Below, in pieces: positions 18,591-28,273 of a DNA stretch of 64,000 nucleotides. Position numbers and translations under genes: made by a program. This DNA comes from Bryobacterales bacterium. GTDB lineage: Bacteria > Acidobacteriota > Terriglobia > Bryobacterales > Bryobacteraceae. How positions within the stretch are numbered: position 1 is the first letter of the stretch; every line of letters starts with the position of its first letter. The notes below the pieces were generated by a model. That model saw only the letters and a list, made by a program, of their open reading frames with translations, had not been told where the DNA came from and did no database searches. The stretch covers positions 305,083 through 369,082 of the forward strand of contig CAWKEP010000010.1 of assembly GCA_963848735.1 (NCBI GenBank), given 5' to 3'.

Positions 18591-20876
18591 ATGAAACGTC
18601 TCCCGGCTGCGTTGCTTTGCTGCTTGCTCTGCGCGTCTTTGGCGACCCCGGCGGATCCGCCCGTTTTGCGAGGATTTTCGGCGGAATCCGAGCGATCGGA
18701 GCGCGATTGGGAAAGCAAATTCCTCGCCATTCCCGATCCTGCTAACTTGCGCGAGTACATGCAGCGGCTCAGCGCGCGCCCGCATCATGTCGGGTCCCCT
18801 TACGACAAGGACAACGCCGAATGGATCCTCTCCAAATTTAAGGAATGGGGACTGGACGCGAAAATCGAATCCTACGACGTACTTTTTCCCACGCCCAAGG
18901 AGCGCGTTCTTGAGCTGGTAGCGCCCGGCAGGTTCACGGCCAAGCTTCAGGAGCCGACGGTGGCCGGCGACTCCACTTCCTCACAGCACGACGAGCAACT
19001 CCCGTCGTACAACGCGTATTCCATCGATGGAGACGTGACCGCGCCGCTAGTCTACGTGAATTACGGAGCGCCGGCGGATTATGAAGAACTCGACCGCTTA
19101 GGCGTTTCCGTAAAGGGCGCAATTGTAATTGCCCGTTATGGGGCCACCTGGCGCGGTATCAAACCCAAAGTAGCCGCCGAGCACGGAGCGCTGGGCTGCC
19201 TTATTTACTCGGACCCGCGCGACGACGGATTTTATCAAGGCAGCGTTTACCCGGCGGGCCCATTTCGTCCCAGCGACGGCGTGCAGCGCGGAAGCGTAAT
19301 GGATATGCCGGTTTATCCAGGCGATCCGCTGACGCCTGGGATCGCGGCCACCAAAGACGCAAAGCGCTTGAAGCTTAGCGAGGTGACGACTTTCACCAAG
19401 ATCCCAACGCTGCCCATCTCTTATGGAGACGCACAACCGCTTCTCGCCGCTCTGGCCGGCCGCGTGGCGCCGGAACGCTGGCGCGGCGCTCTTCCGATCA
19501 CCTATTTCATCGGGCCTGGGCCAGCCAAGGTGCATCTCAAAGTCAGTTTCAACTGGGATATCAAACCTATTTACGACGTGATTGCAAAGATTCCCGGATC
19601 CACTTATCCGGACGAGTGGATCATTCGAGGTAATCACCACGATGCCTGGGTGAACGGTGCATCAGATCCGGTTTCAGGCGCAAGCGCTCTTATGGAAGAG
19701 GCCCGCGCATTCGGGATGCTGCTGCGCCAAGGCTGGAAACCGAAACGCACCATCATCTACTGCGTTTGGGACGGCGAAGAAGAGGGTTTGTTAGGTTCCA
19801 CGGAATGGGCGGAGGACCACGCCGCGGAGTTGCGCGCCAAAGCTGCCGCGTACATCAATTCGGACGGCAACGGACGAGGTTTCCTAAACGTATCGGGTTC
19901 CCACACGCTGGAGAAGTTCATTAATGGCGTGGCGCGCGACGTCAAGGATCCGGAAACCAATTTGACTGTGTGGAAGCGTCTGCAGTTGCGCCGCTTGGCG
20001 GCCGAACAAACGGAAGGGGCCGCGACCCCGGTCGATCGCCAAGAGCTGCGCCAGCGCGCGGATTTGCGGATCAGCGCCTTGGGTTCGGGCTCGGACTACA
20101 CGGCGTTCATCGATCATTTGGGAATTGCTTCTCTCAACCTTGGTTACGGGGGCGAAGACGAGGGCGGGATCTATCATTCGGTTTACGACGATTTCAATTG
20201 GTACACACATTTCTCAGATACGGATTTCAGTTATGGCAAGGCGCTAGCGCAGACCGCCGGTTTGGCCGTCCTCCGGCTGGCGGGCTCCGAGATTCTGCCT
20301 TTCGATTTCGCCAACTTCACGGACACCATCCAGCGTTATATCGACGAAATTCAGAGGCTCGCCCAGACTCAACGCGCTGGCATTGTGGAGCGGAATCGCC
20401 AAATCGACGAAGGCGCTTTCGCGGCTACCGAAGATCCCCGGCGGAAGACCGTATTGCCGATGCCCGAGGCTGTGCCTCCGTACCTGGACATGTCACCTTT
20501 GCAAAACGGCCTGGCCGCGCTCCAGAGCGCCAGTGGGCGTTACGACAAGGCATTCGAGCACGCCAGGGATACCGATGGATCGATCCCGGCTCGCGTATCG
20601 CTTCGCGCCTTGAATTCGGATCTGATCGCGGTGGAGCGCGCCCTCACATTGAGCGACGGGCTCCCGGGACGCAGTTGGTTCCAGAACCAGATTTACGCGC
20701 CGGGTTTTTACACCGGATATGGAGTGAAAACGTTGCCCGGAGTTCGGGAAAGCATTGAGCAGAAGGAGTGGAAATTGGCTCAGGAGCAGATCATTCGCGT
20801 AGGCAGGGTCTTGGAAAACACGGGCGAACGGATTCAATCGGCCGCCGCGGAACTCGATCCGCGGTCGCGTCCATAG
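18591..20876 (+). CDS. M28 family metallopeptidase, glutamate carboxypeptidase II / transferrin-receptor-like (PA + M28 + dimerisation domains)
   Basis: Start trimmed to MKRLPAALLCCLLCASLA. RPHHVGSPYDKDNAEW, IIRGNHHDAWVNGASDPVSG, WDGEEEGLLGSTEWAE, SGSDYTAFIDHLGIAS, YHSVYD. Confidence 0.85.
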   Translation: MKRLPAALLCCLLCASLATPADPPVLRGFSAESERSERDWESKFLAIPDPANLREYMQRLSARPHHVGSPYDKDNAEWILSKFKEWGLDAKIESYDVLFPTPKERVLELVAPGRFTAKLQEPTVAGDSTSSQHDEQLPSYNAYSIDGDVTAPLVYVNYGAPADYEELDRLGVSVKGAIVIARYGATWRGIKPKVAAEHGALGCLIYSDPRDDGFYQGSVYPAGPFRPSDGVQRGSVMDMPVYPGDPLTPGIAATKDAKRLKLSEVTTFTKIPTLPISYGDAQPLLAALAGRVAPERWRGALPITYFIGPGPAKVHLKVSFNWDIKPIYDVIAKIPGSTYPDEWIIRGNHHDAWVNGASDPVSGASALMEEARAFGMLLRQGWKPKRTIIYCVWDGEEEGLLGSTEWAEDHAAELRAKAAAYINSDGNGRGFLNVSGSHTLEKFINGVARDVKDPETNLTVWKRLQLRRLAAEQTEGAATPVDRQELRQRADLRISALGSGSDYTAFIDHLGIASLNLGYGGEDEGGIYHSVYDDFNWYTHFSDTDFSYGKALAQTAGLAVLRLAGSEILPFDFANFTDTIQRYIDEIQRLAQTQRAGIVERNRQIDEGAFAATEDPRRKTVLPMPEAVPPYLDMSPLQNGLAALQSASGRYDKAFEHARDTDGSIPARVSLRALNSDLIAVERALTLSDGLPGRSWFQNQIYAPGFYTGYGVKTLPGVRESIEQKEWKLAQEQIIRVGRVLENTGERIQSAAAELDPRSRP

Positions 20877-20885
20877 CGATTGCGG

Positions 20886-22894
20886 CTACTGCATCAGTTG
20901 CACCACGTGCTGTCCGCGCGGGAGGGTGAGGACGAAGCTGGCGCCCGATTCGATCAGTTTTTCGGCGGTGACGGCGCCATCGATTTCGATCTTGACGGGC
21001 CGGGCATTTAGAATTGCCACCGCGCGCGCGTTGCTTTGGTAGGAGAACTGCAGGCCCAGGGGCGAAGCATTCGCGGACTGGAGGTTTCCATTAAAGTCGA
21101 CAACTCGCAGGCCGGAGTCCTTCCCAGCGGGCTCAATTATGCTGGTTCCTGCGGGAATCCATAGCGTGGTGTCGCTGCGAATGGGCCAGAGATGGCCGTT
21201 CACAAGTGCCGGACCTTGCCAGGGAACTCCCACGCCGTAGCGCGAATCGACGACGAGGCGGGCGCCATTTTGTTCCACTCGGTCCACGGTCGCGGCGGCA
21301 GCGGCGAGCAAAGGCAGGTCGGGCGTGAGTATGGAATTCTCGAAGTACAGCGCGACTTGGGGGAAAGCTTGCGCGGCCACGTGGACGAGCTGGAACAATT
21401 CCGTTCCAGTCTGTTGTTTGGTGGGGTAGACGTCCTGGTAGCGCTCCACAATATTGATATCGATGGCCAGGTGGTCGGTATGCTTTGTGATCGGTTGGTA
21501 GCGCGAGGCGATCTGGGGATAACGTTTCGGGCCCAGGTTCCAGATGGTGGCGGGATCCTCGATCAGAAACGTGAAGTCGTGCTGATCGAGCAAAGGGAGC
21601 ACGCGGGCGGCGTCGGCGCCGATGAGATCGCGCATGCGCGTGTCGAAGCGGTCGTCAACGTGGGTCAGCACGAAATCGAGATCGGGCTTGGCGGCGCGGA
21701 GCGATTCGATTTGACCGATCCATTGCTCCTGCTGGCGGCGCGCGAGATCGGCCCGGTAGTCGAGAAAAGTCCGCAGACGCGCGGCATCGGGACTGGCGGA
21801 TTGAAACAGCTCGATAGGATCGAAACCGTTGAGGCCGTAAAACTCGTCGCGCACATCCTGATTCATGGGCGTGAAGCGGGCTGGGTTGGCGGCGCCTTCC
21901 AGCGATTCGAAATAGAGTTCGGCGAGATTCACGCCATCCCAGTCAAAGCGGCTGATCAGTTGTTTCACGCCTGTGGCGACAGCGGCTGAACACTCAGGAT
22001 TGCTCAGGTTCATCAGCTTGCGCCAATCCAGCTGGGCGTCTTGCAGAATCGCTGTTTTTTCGCGCCATTCGGGATGATCGTCCCAGAACTTCTCGCTGAC
22101 GTGCGGGAGTTCCAGCCAGACGTACACCAGGATCGCCTTGCGGTGGCAGGCTTCGATGAGGCGTCGCAAATATTCGTCGGATTCCGCGTTCTGTTCGTAA
22201 TAGTGCCAACCGGCCACGTGAAGCGCGCTGATGCCGGCTTTGCGCCAGCGTTCGGCGAAATAATCAAGATCGACGCGGGAGCGATAGGATCCGTCGAAGA
22301 ACGCCCACAGGCGCTGGCTACGGAACGGGGGCTTCACTCCCAGATCGTTTAGGGCTTGGAGCAGGTACGGGAAGCGTTCGTAGCCTTCTTTGCCCGGCGG
22401 GGCGGCGATCCAGAGAACGGCGCCGGAGCCGCGACGCAGCGCCACCATCACGGGAGCGTGATCCCAACGCTCGGCAGCCAGGACCAACGAGTCCTTGGGA
22501 ACATCGAAGATCGGAATTTCGAGCGGCGTCTCCCATACGATGGAGAGCTTGGGTGCGCGTTGATCGACGATGCTGCGCACAACCACGCGCTTTTCTTGTC
22601 GGCTTGAAGCCCAGCGCAGAGGCGAGATCGCTTTGGCCTTCGAGAACCACAACACCGCCTTGTTCCACTCGCTGGATCCACTGCGGTATCGACCCCGGGG
22701 CAACGTTGCGAACGACAAAAAGACTTGCCGGGCCGCCGACTGCCGCGCGTCAGTCCGATGGCGGAAAAGATTTGTGGCCAAGGCCCCGGATCGTCGCCGG
22801 CAATGTAGTAATTGAAAGTAGCGGCCTGGAGAGAGGCCGCCAGGCCGATCGATATAAACACGAACTTAGCGCGTGAAAGCATACCAGAATCCAA
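20886..22894 (-). pseudogene. secreted protein with a glycoside-hydrolase-like TIM-barrel region (GHL10/DUF187-like, tentative), two frame breaks (~22745, ~22590)
   Basis: Signal peptide in ORF 22448..22894. Middle segment AAVGGPASLFVVRNVAPGSIPQWIQRVEQGGVVVLEG in a third frame. Main body in ORF 20886..22781, with DDHPEWREKT...LSNPE...RFDWDGVNLAELYFES. Confidence 0.55.
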
Positions 22895-24884
22895 CTCGCA
22901 GATCGAAGAAATTGGGACGGTGAGGGTTATCCAGATTGATCAAGTAAGCGCCGCGCAGGAAGTTGACGGAGAACAGCAGGGACTTGGGCAGATTCCGGAA
23001 ACGGAAGCGAAAGCCGGGGCCAGTTTCGGCGTAATTTGCCCAGTACTGGCGCAGGCGATCGGTGGTGGCATTGACGTTCCAGTAGAGCTGCGACTGAAAA
23101 CCGCCGAAGCCCTCCAGAGCGGCGAAAGTATACCCCCCACGATTTTGCGAGTAAAATAGCAGATCGTTTTGAAAGCGGCTGACGAAAACCATGTCATCGT
23201 TGGTTTCGAAATAGAGACCTTTGGAGCTGTTCATGAGATGACCGAAGCCCTTGGCGGAGGAGATGCCGCCGCGATAATCGGGGATCATCGCGCCGATGTC
23301 AGCTCGGCTGGGAAGGTATTTGATGGCTTCGCCCGCTTCAAACCACCCGGTAACGCCGCGCCAGGGAAGGGTGGCGATACCGGCTCCGACGATGAAGGAG
23401 CTTTCGGACAGATACTGCGGGTTAGGATTCCCGACAGTTGGTCCGATCGTCCCGCGGGCATCGCCGTCGAATCGAATGGAGAGGTAGGCGTGAATGGGCA
23501 GCCGGCCAAGTCTTAACTCCGTCTTGATTTGGCCGTATCCGAAGGCATCATGCCAGCGGGTTGAGAAGAACGGATAGATCCAAACGGTAGTGTGGAAGAG
23601 CGCGAACTGAGCCGCGAGGTTACGGTAGGCTTTGCTGGCTTCATCGGACACCGATGGATCGGGGCTTTGGGTTGCAAGATTGAACCATTTCATCGCCTCT
23701 GTGTCGTCATGCAGGATGTTGTAGGCCCAGCCGAGTTTCAGCATTACCGAGAAATCGACCGGGTCGTTTTCGTGAGCGATGGTTAAGTATTTGAGGGCGT
23801 CTTTGAGGTAGCCCGCTTGCATGCTCTTCTCGCCGAGCGCCTTGGCTTCCTGAGAAGTTTGTTGCGCTGAACCGGCGCGGTTACGCAGAGTTTGGGGAAG
23901 CTGGAGCGCCACCCGGGCGCGGTCGGCCAGTTCTTCGTCATCGCCTTTGAGAACTTCATCGAGCAGAGGCTGTGCGGCGACGGGATCTTGACGATTCAGG
24001 TGCAGGAATCCGAGCTGGGCAGAGGTTAGGAGATCCGTCGGTGCGGCTTCGTGGAGCGTCTGGAACTCGCGTTCCGCTTCCTCCTTTTTCCCCATCGTGA
24101 GGAGCAGATAAGCGTACTCACGGCGCAGTTCGAGATTGTTTGGATCCATCTCCAGAGCCTTTTCGAACTCGTACACGTAGGGGTAGCGATCGGGCAGAAG
24201 CTCGCGCGCCCGCTCGGCCACGCGAGGCTGGCCGCCACGTGAAGCAGCCAGCAGGATGAAGTTGGCCTCTTCGACGCGGCCTAGCATTTTCCAAACGCGG
24301 CCGAGGTCGAGCATCAGGGAGCGCTCGCCGGGCCGGAGCTTCCAGGCTTTTTCGTAGTGTTCAGCGGCAAGACCGAGTTCATCGCGCTGCTCGGCCAGTA
24401 CCGCTAATTCCTGGTGCGCACTGAAATTGTCGGGAGAGATTTCCAGTGCCTTGAGCCAGCGCGCGATGCCTGTGGCGAGGGGTTGATCAATATTTTGAAA
24501 AGCTCGCTCGGCGGTGACGTCTCCGCTTTTGCGAATGCGATCGAAAATACGCCGTGCTTCAGCTTGCTGCTTGGTTTCATAACACAGGAAGGCATATTCG
24601 AGCGCTACATGTTGATCGGCCGGATCTAGCCTCATAGCTTCCCCAAACTGATCGCGGGCCGCCTCATTTTCGCCGATTTTTAGAAGGGTGTATGCGAGGT
24701 CTTTACGGATGGCAGCGCGGTAGGGCGAGAGCGCTATGGCGCGAGTAAAGTTGTCGACGGCTCGATCATAGTCCTTGTCACGCAGGGCTTGGTAGGCATG
24801 CTCCAGCGCAGGGTAAGCCGGATCGGTGGTCTGGGCCGAGATCGAGCTCAAAGCCAGGGTAAGCAAAAATGTCGTTCGTAGCAC
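22866..24884 (-). CDS. TPR-repeat protein fused to a C-terminal beta-barrel-like domain (PgaA/PelB/BcsC-like architecture)
   Basis: Signal peptide, then about 430 aa of TPR-like helical repeats. The last ~230 aa have alternating-hydrophobic strands rich in G/Y/F/W (…FFDLRVGFWYAFTR*). Overlaps the downstream gene by 29 nt. Confidence 0.65.
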   Translation of the reverse strand: MLRTTFLLTLALSSISAQTTDPAYPALEHAYQALRDKDYDRAVDNFTRAIALSPYRAAIRKDLAYTLLKIGENEAARDQFGEAMRLDPADQHVALEYAFLCYETKQQAEARRIFDRIRKSGDVTAERAFQNIDQPLATGIARWLKALEISPDNFSAHQELAVLAEQRDELGLAAEHYEKAWKLRPGERSLMLDLGRVWKMLGRVEEANFILLAASRGGQPRVAERARELLPDRYPYVYEFEKALEMDPNNLELRREYAYLLLTMGKKEEAEREFQTLHEAAPTDLLTSAQLGFLHLNRQDPVAAQPLLDEVLKGDDEELADRARVALQLPQTLRNRAGSAQQTSQEAKALGEKSMQAGYLKDALKYLTIAHENDPVDFSVMLKLGWAYNILHDDTEAMKWFNLATQSPDPSVSDEASKAYRNLAAQFALFHTTVWIYPFFSTRWHDAFGYGQIKTELRLGRLPIHAYLSIRFDGDARGTIGPTVGNPNPQYLSESSFIVGAGIATLPWRGVTGWFEAGEAIKYLPSRADIGAMIPDYRGGISSAKGFGHLMNSSKGLYFETNDDMVFVSRFQNDLLFYSQNRGGYTFAALEGFGGFQSQLYWNVNATTDRLRQYWANYAETGPGFRFRFRNLPKSLLFSVNFLRGAYLINLDNPHRPNFFDLRVGFWYAFTR

Positions 24885-24941
24885 TCCGTACCCTCTTGGG
24901 ACATAGGGCTAGTGCCTGGGATGCTAAACTCCTCTCACTTT

Positions 24942-25490
24942 TCAGTCAGGAAATCCGATCCGGCGCTTGTTGGGGTTCGTCTTCGGTTCGAGCAGTGCGC
25001 GAATAGCTTCGAAGACCTCTTGGATTTGAGCATCGTGCTGCTGGAATCTATCCTCCAGTTCGTCGAGGCGCTGAGCGAGTTCGTGATGCGTATCCAGAAT
25101 TTCGCGGATCTTGACGAAGGCCCGCATGATGGCGATGTTCACCTTGACCGCGCGCGTGCTTTTGAGAACGCTAGAGAGCATCGCCACACCCTGCTCGGTA
25201 AAGGCGTAAGGCCGATTGCGCCGGCCGCCCCACGAACTTGGTATCGCATTTTGCGATATCAAGAGCGAAGCCTCTTCCGGCGTGAGTTGGATCATGAAGT
25301 CCTTTGGAAAGCGGCTACGGTTGCGCTTGACTTGCTCGTTGAGGCGGGAGGTAGGTACACGGTAGAGTCGTGCAAGATCGGTGTCTAGAATCACCTTCAG
25401 GCCGCGGATGAAGTGGATGGTCCGTTCAATGGAGGCGATCCGCGGCGCTGGAGGCCTGCGGACGAGGACTCGGGTTTTATTGGTTGCCAT
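24942..25490 (-). CDS. ORF6N/KilA-N-like DNA-binding domain protein with a C-terminal coiled coil
   Basis: IHFIRGLKVILDTDLARLYRVPTSRLNEQVKRNRSRFPKDFMIQLT...RRNRPYAFTEQGVAMLSSVL matches the ORF6N pattern. Confidence 0.75.
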   Translation of the reverse strand: MATNKTRVLVRRPPAPRIASIERTIHFIRGLKVILDTDLARLYRVPTSRLNEQVKRNRSRFPKDFMIQLTPEEASLLISQNAIPSSWGGRRNRPYAFTEQGVAMLSSVLKSTRAVKVNIAIMRAFVKIREILDTHHELAQRLDELEDRFQQHDAQIQEVFEAIRALLEPKTNPNKRRIGFPD

Positions 25491-25553
25491 ACAAGGGAAG
25501 TAGTCCGAGGGCAGAGGTTATCTCACTAGACGTGACGGCGCCGCGGAGGCCCG

Positions 25554-25932
25554 TTAAGATTCCAGGATTACAATTGCCAACGCCTGAACGGAGGTGTGCG
25601 TAATCGATAGCGAAATGTTGCGGACACCCAGGTCGCCTGCGACGCGCGCTGCCACGCCATACAGTTTGAGAGTCGGACGGCCTGAAGGCAGGTTGGCCGA
25701 CCTCGAAGTCCCGCCAGCGAACTCCGCGCCTCCAGCCTGTGCCGATGGCCTTCATCCCGGCTTCCTTGGCGGCGAATCGAGCGGCAAAACGCTCGTATCG
25801 GTTGAACTTGCGTTCGACATAGGCGATCTCACCAGGCGTGTAAATGCGCTCGATGAAACGCCGCCCATGGCGCTCTATCGCTGCGCGAATGCGGTGGACT
25901 TCTGCGAGATCGGTGCCAATGCCAACGATCAC
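25554..25932 (-). pseudogene. acpS: holo-ACP synthase, frame broken by one extra base near 25697
   Basis: MIVGIGTDLAEV...FAAKEAGMKA... is in-frame. After ...RDFEV the true tail ANLPSGRPTLKLYGVAARVAGDLGVRNISLSITHTSVQALAIVILES* reads in the adjacent frame and stops at 25554-25556. Confidence 0.85.
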
Positions 25933-25940
25933 AGCGGGGG

Positions 25941-26210
25941 TTATTCGGATTTACCACCGTTGGACTTGCGGTACGCGGCCCAACGTTTCTTCTGCGCAGC
26001 GGCAATTCGTTTGCGAGCCGCGGAGCTCAGCCGGCCACTAGCGCGCTTGACCCCGGAGCCAGGCGGGCGTCCCCGGCGAGCGGGCGACTTCCCTAAAAGT
26101 GCACGCACCTCGCGAATCTGCTCGTCGATCCTCTGCTTCTGCAGCTCGAGACCCTCCAGAGCCGCCGTCAACAAGGAATGATTTTGAATTGTATTTCCTG
26201 AACGAGCCAT
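25941..26210 (-). CDS. small basic protein: N-terminal coiled coil plus RGRP (AT-hook-like) basic tail
   Basis: 89 aa: LLTAALEGLELQKQRIDEQIREVRALL, then SPARRGRPPGSGVKR...AARKRIAAAQKKRWAAYRK. Confidence 0.6.
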   Translation of the reverse strand: MARSGNTIQNHSLLTAALEGLELQKQRIDEQIREVRALLGKSPARRGRPPGSGVKRASGRLSSAARKRIAAAQKKRWAAYRKSNGGKSE

Positions 26211-26240
26211 TTGCGTTCCTATTTGAGATCATACCCGACC

Positions 26241-26678
26241 TTAGGAATCAAGAATGAATGTAACGGGACCATCGTTGACAAGAGAGACTTGCATCTCGGC
26301 CTGAAAGATTCCAGTGGATACTTCGACGTTGCTCAATTTCACGCGTTGCACGAAGTATTCGTACAGTTCGCGGGCGTGCTCCGGAGCAGCTGCCTGGTCA
26401 AAACTGGGACGGCGGCCTTTTCTGCAATCGCCATACAGAGTGAATTGGGAGACAACTAACAGCGCGCCTCCGGCGTCCAGCAGACTACGATTCATGCGGC
26501 CCGCATCGTCGGGGAAAATCCGGAGTTGGACGACTTTCGACGCGAGATGATCTGCGTCTTCGCGAGTATCGTCGTGAGTGACGCCGAGCAGGATTAGCAA
26601 TCCACGGCCGATGGCACCCACGGTTTCGCCGGCAACCTCCACGTGTGCGCGGGTGACGCGCTGTAGGACGATTCTCAT
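26241..26678 (-). CDS. dtd: D-aminoacyl-tRNA deacylase
   Basis: Start trimmed to [33 protein letters not shown] and [11 protein letters not shown] are characteristic. Confidence 0.9.
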   Translation of the reverse strand: MRIVLQRVTRAHVEVAGETVGAIGRGLLILLGVTHDDTREDADHLASKVVQLRIFPDDAGRMNRSLLDAGGALLVVSQFTLYGDCRKGRRPSFDQAAAPEHARELYEYFVQRVKLSNVEVSTGIFQAEMQVSLVNDGPVTFILDS

Positions 26679-26830
26679 CGGATGGATTTGACTTGCAAAC
26701 GACCAGTATGGCACTGGCTCGCTTAGTCGGAGGCCCCGCTTCTGAGCCAACGCTTAGGGTGCCACGCAGTGCAGCGCTAAGGCGATTACCCGATCTGCAA
26801 ATGGAACGAAGGTCCTGATAATAGAGTTGC

Positions 26831-27130
26831 ATGATCCATCAAGGCATCTTCAAGCGACGGCGAGTACACAGCAAGATTCCGGGTGGCTTCTTCAGCTTTG
26901 AAGAAGAGGGTGCCAACACACGTCTTTATGGATTCGGCCACGGCGATCACCTTCGGTTGCGCGATGAGTTTGGCAACATTTGGCGCGGCACGGCTGAAAA
27001 AGTAAGTGAGGAGTCGGTACGATACACGTTTCGCGACGCCAACGGCCGCACCATCACCGGGGTTTCGGATAGCTTCGGCATCGTGCTTCGCGATGGGCGC
27101 GGCAAAACCTGGCGCGGCTTCATCGAATAG
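26831..27130 (+). CDS. hypothetical small protein with an internal repeated LRD-x-xG-x-x-WRG motif
   Basis: 99-aa ORF with GC-rich third positions. [15 protein letters not shown] and [15 protein letters not shown]. It competes with antisense ORF 26786..27172, so the strand choice is tentative. Confidence 0.4.
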   Translation: MIHQGIFKRRRVHSKIPGGFFSFEEEGANTRLYGFGHGDHLRLRDEFGNIWRGTAEKVSEESVRYTFRDANGRTITGVSDSFGIVLRDGRGKTWRGFIE

Positions 27131-27197
27131 TTTCTCTTCGGCCTGATTGCAGCCCCAGCCCGTACGCATCAATCACGTATCATGGTGATTCGCTGCA

Positions 27198-28273
27198 ATG
27201 GCGTTGCAAAAAACAATCACTTATAAGGACGCGGGAGTCAGTATTGACGAAGCCGACCGCGCCGTATCACTCATTCGTAAACATGCGCGCGGCACCTTCA
27301 CGCGCGGCGGTGCTGACCGATATCGGCAGCTTCGGCGGCGGCTATTTGTTGGCGGGTTGGAAGAATCCAGTGCTGGTCAGTTCCGCCGACGGCGTGGGGA
27401 CCAAGGTGAAGATCGCGTTTCTTACCGGCCGCCACAACACCATCGGCGAGGATTTGGTGAATCACTGCGTCAACGATATCGCGGTGCAAGGGGCCGTTCC
27501 GTTGTTTTTCCTGGACTATTTCGCTGTCGGAAAATTGGACGCGAATGTCGCCGGGCAAGTGATCGAAGGCATCGCGCGCGGCTGCCGTAACAATGGATGC
27601 GCTCTGATCGGTGGTGAAACTGCCGAGATGCCTGGGTTGTATCAAATGGGCGAATACGATCTGGCGGGATTTATCGTGGGCGCCGTGGAGCGCAAGCGAA
27701 TGCTGACCGGCGTCCGGAATACGGCCGGGCGATGTGCTATTGGGGTTGCCATCGAACGGGCTGCATACCAATGGCTATTCGCTGGCGCGCAAACTACTGT
27801 TTGAAACCGCGCGGCGCCCCTCACCAAGTCGCTGGCGGACGAACTGCTGAAGGTACACCGCAGTTATCTGAAACCGATCCGCGCATTGATTGACGCGCGA
27901 TTATTAAAGGGCGCGGCTCACATCACCGGCGGCGGAATCACCGACAACACTCCTCGCATACTGCCGGCGGGGCTGGCCGCGCGGGTGGATATTTCCAGCT
28001 GGACAATCCCGCCCTTTTTCGAGGAGCTGCGCGCCATCGGAAAACTTGACCTGGCCGACTACCGGCGAACTTTCAACCTGGGCATTGGCATGATTCTGGT
28101 GCATGGCGAAGCGGAATCTGGGCAAAGCTCTGGCGATCCTGGGTGGCATGGGCGAAGCGCATTTCCAAATCGGCGACGTCGTGGAGTCGCGAGGACCCCG
28201 CGTCGTTTATACCGCCGGTGGCGAGGTTGAAGCGGCTGGGCATTTTGCTCTCCGGACGCGGCTCAAATTTTGA
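27198..28273 (+). pseudogene. purM: phosphoribosylformylglycinamidine cyclo-ligase (AIR synthetase), at least 4 frame breaks (~27305, ~27715, ~27808, ~28105); 3' end uncertain
   Basis: The pieces read in order: [12 protein letters not shown]; DIGSFGGGY...SADGVGTKV...[10 protein letters not shown]...GGETAEMPG; [26 protein letters not shown]; HITGGGITDN...FNLGIGMILV; HFQIGDVVE. Confidence 0.85.

Noticed and set aside
26679-26830. 150-nt intergenic region upstream of dtd with repeated CGCTTAG/CGCTAAG words and a GCACTG...CAGTGC inverted pair, considered as a possible sRNA or riboswitch.
   Set aside because: I could not assemble a convincing extended structure by hand, no terminator follows, and it does not resemble a riboswitch class I know.
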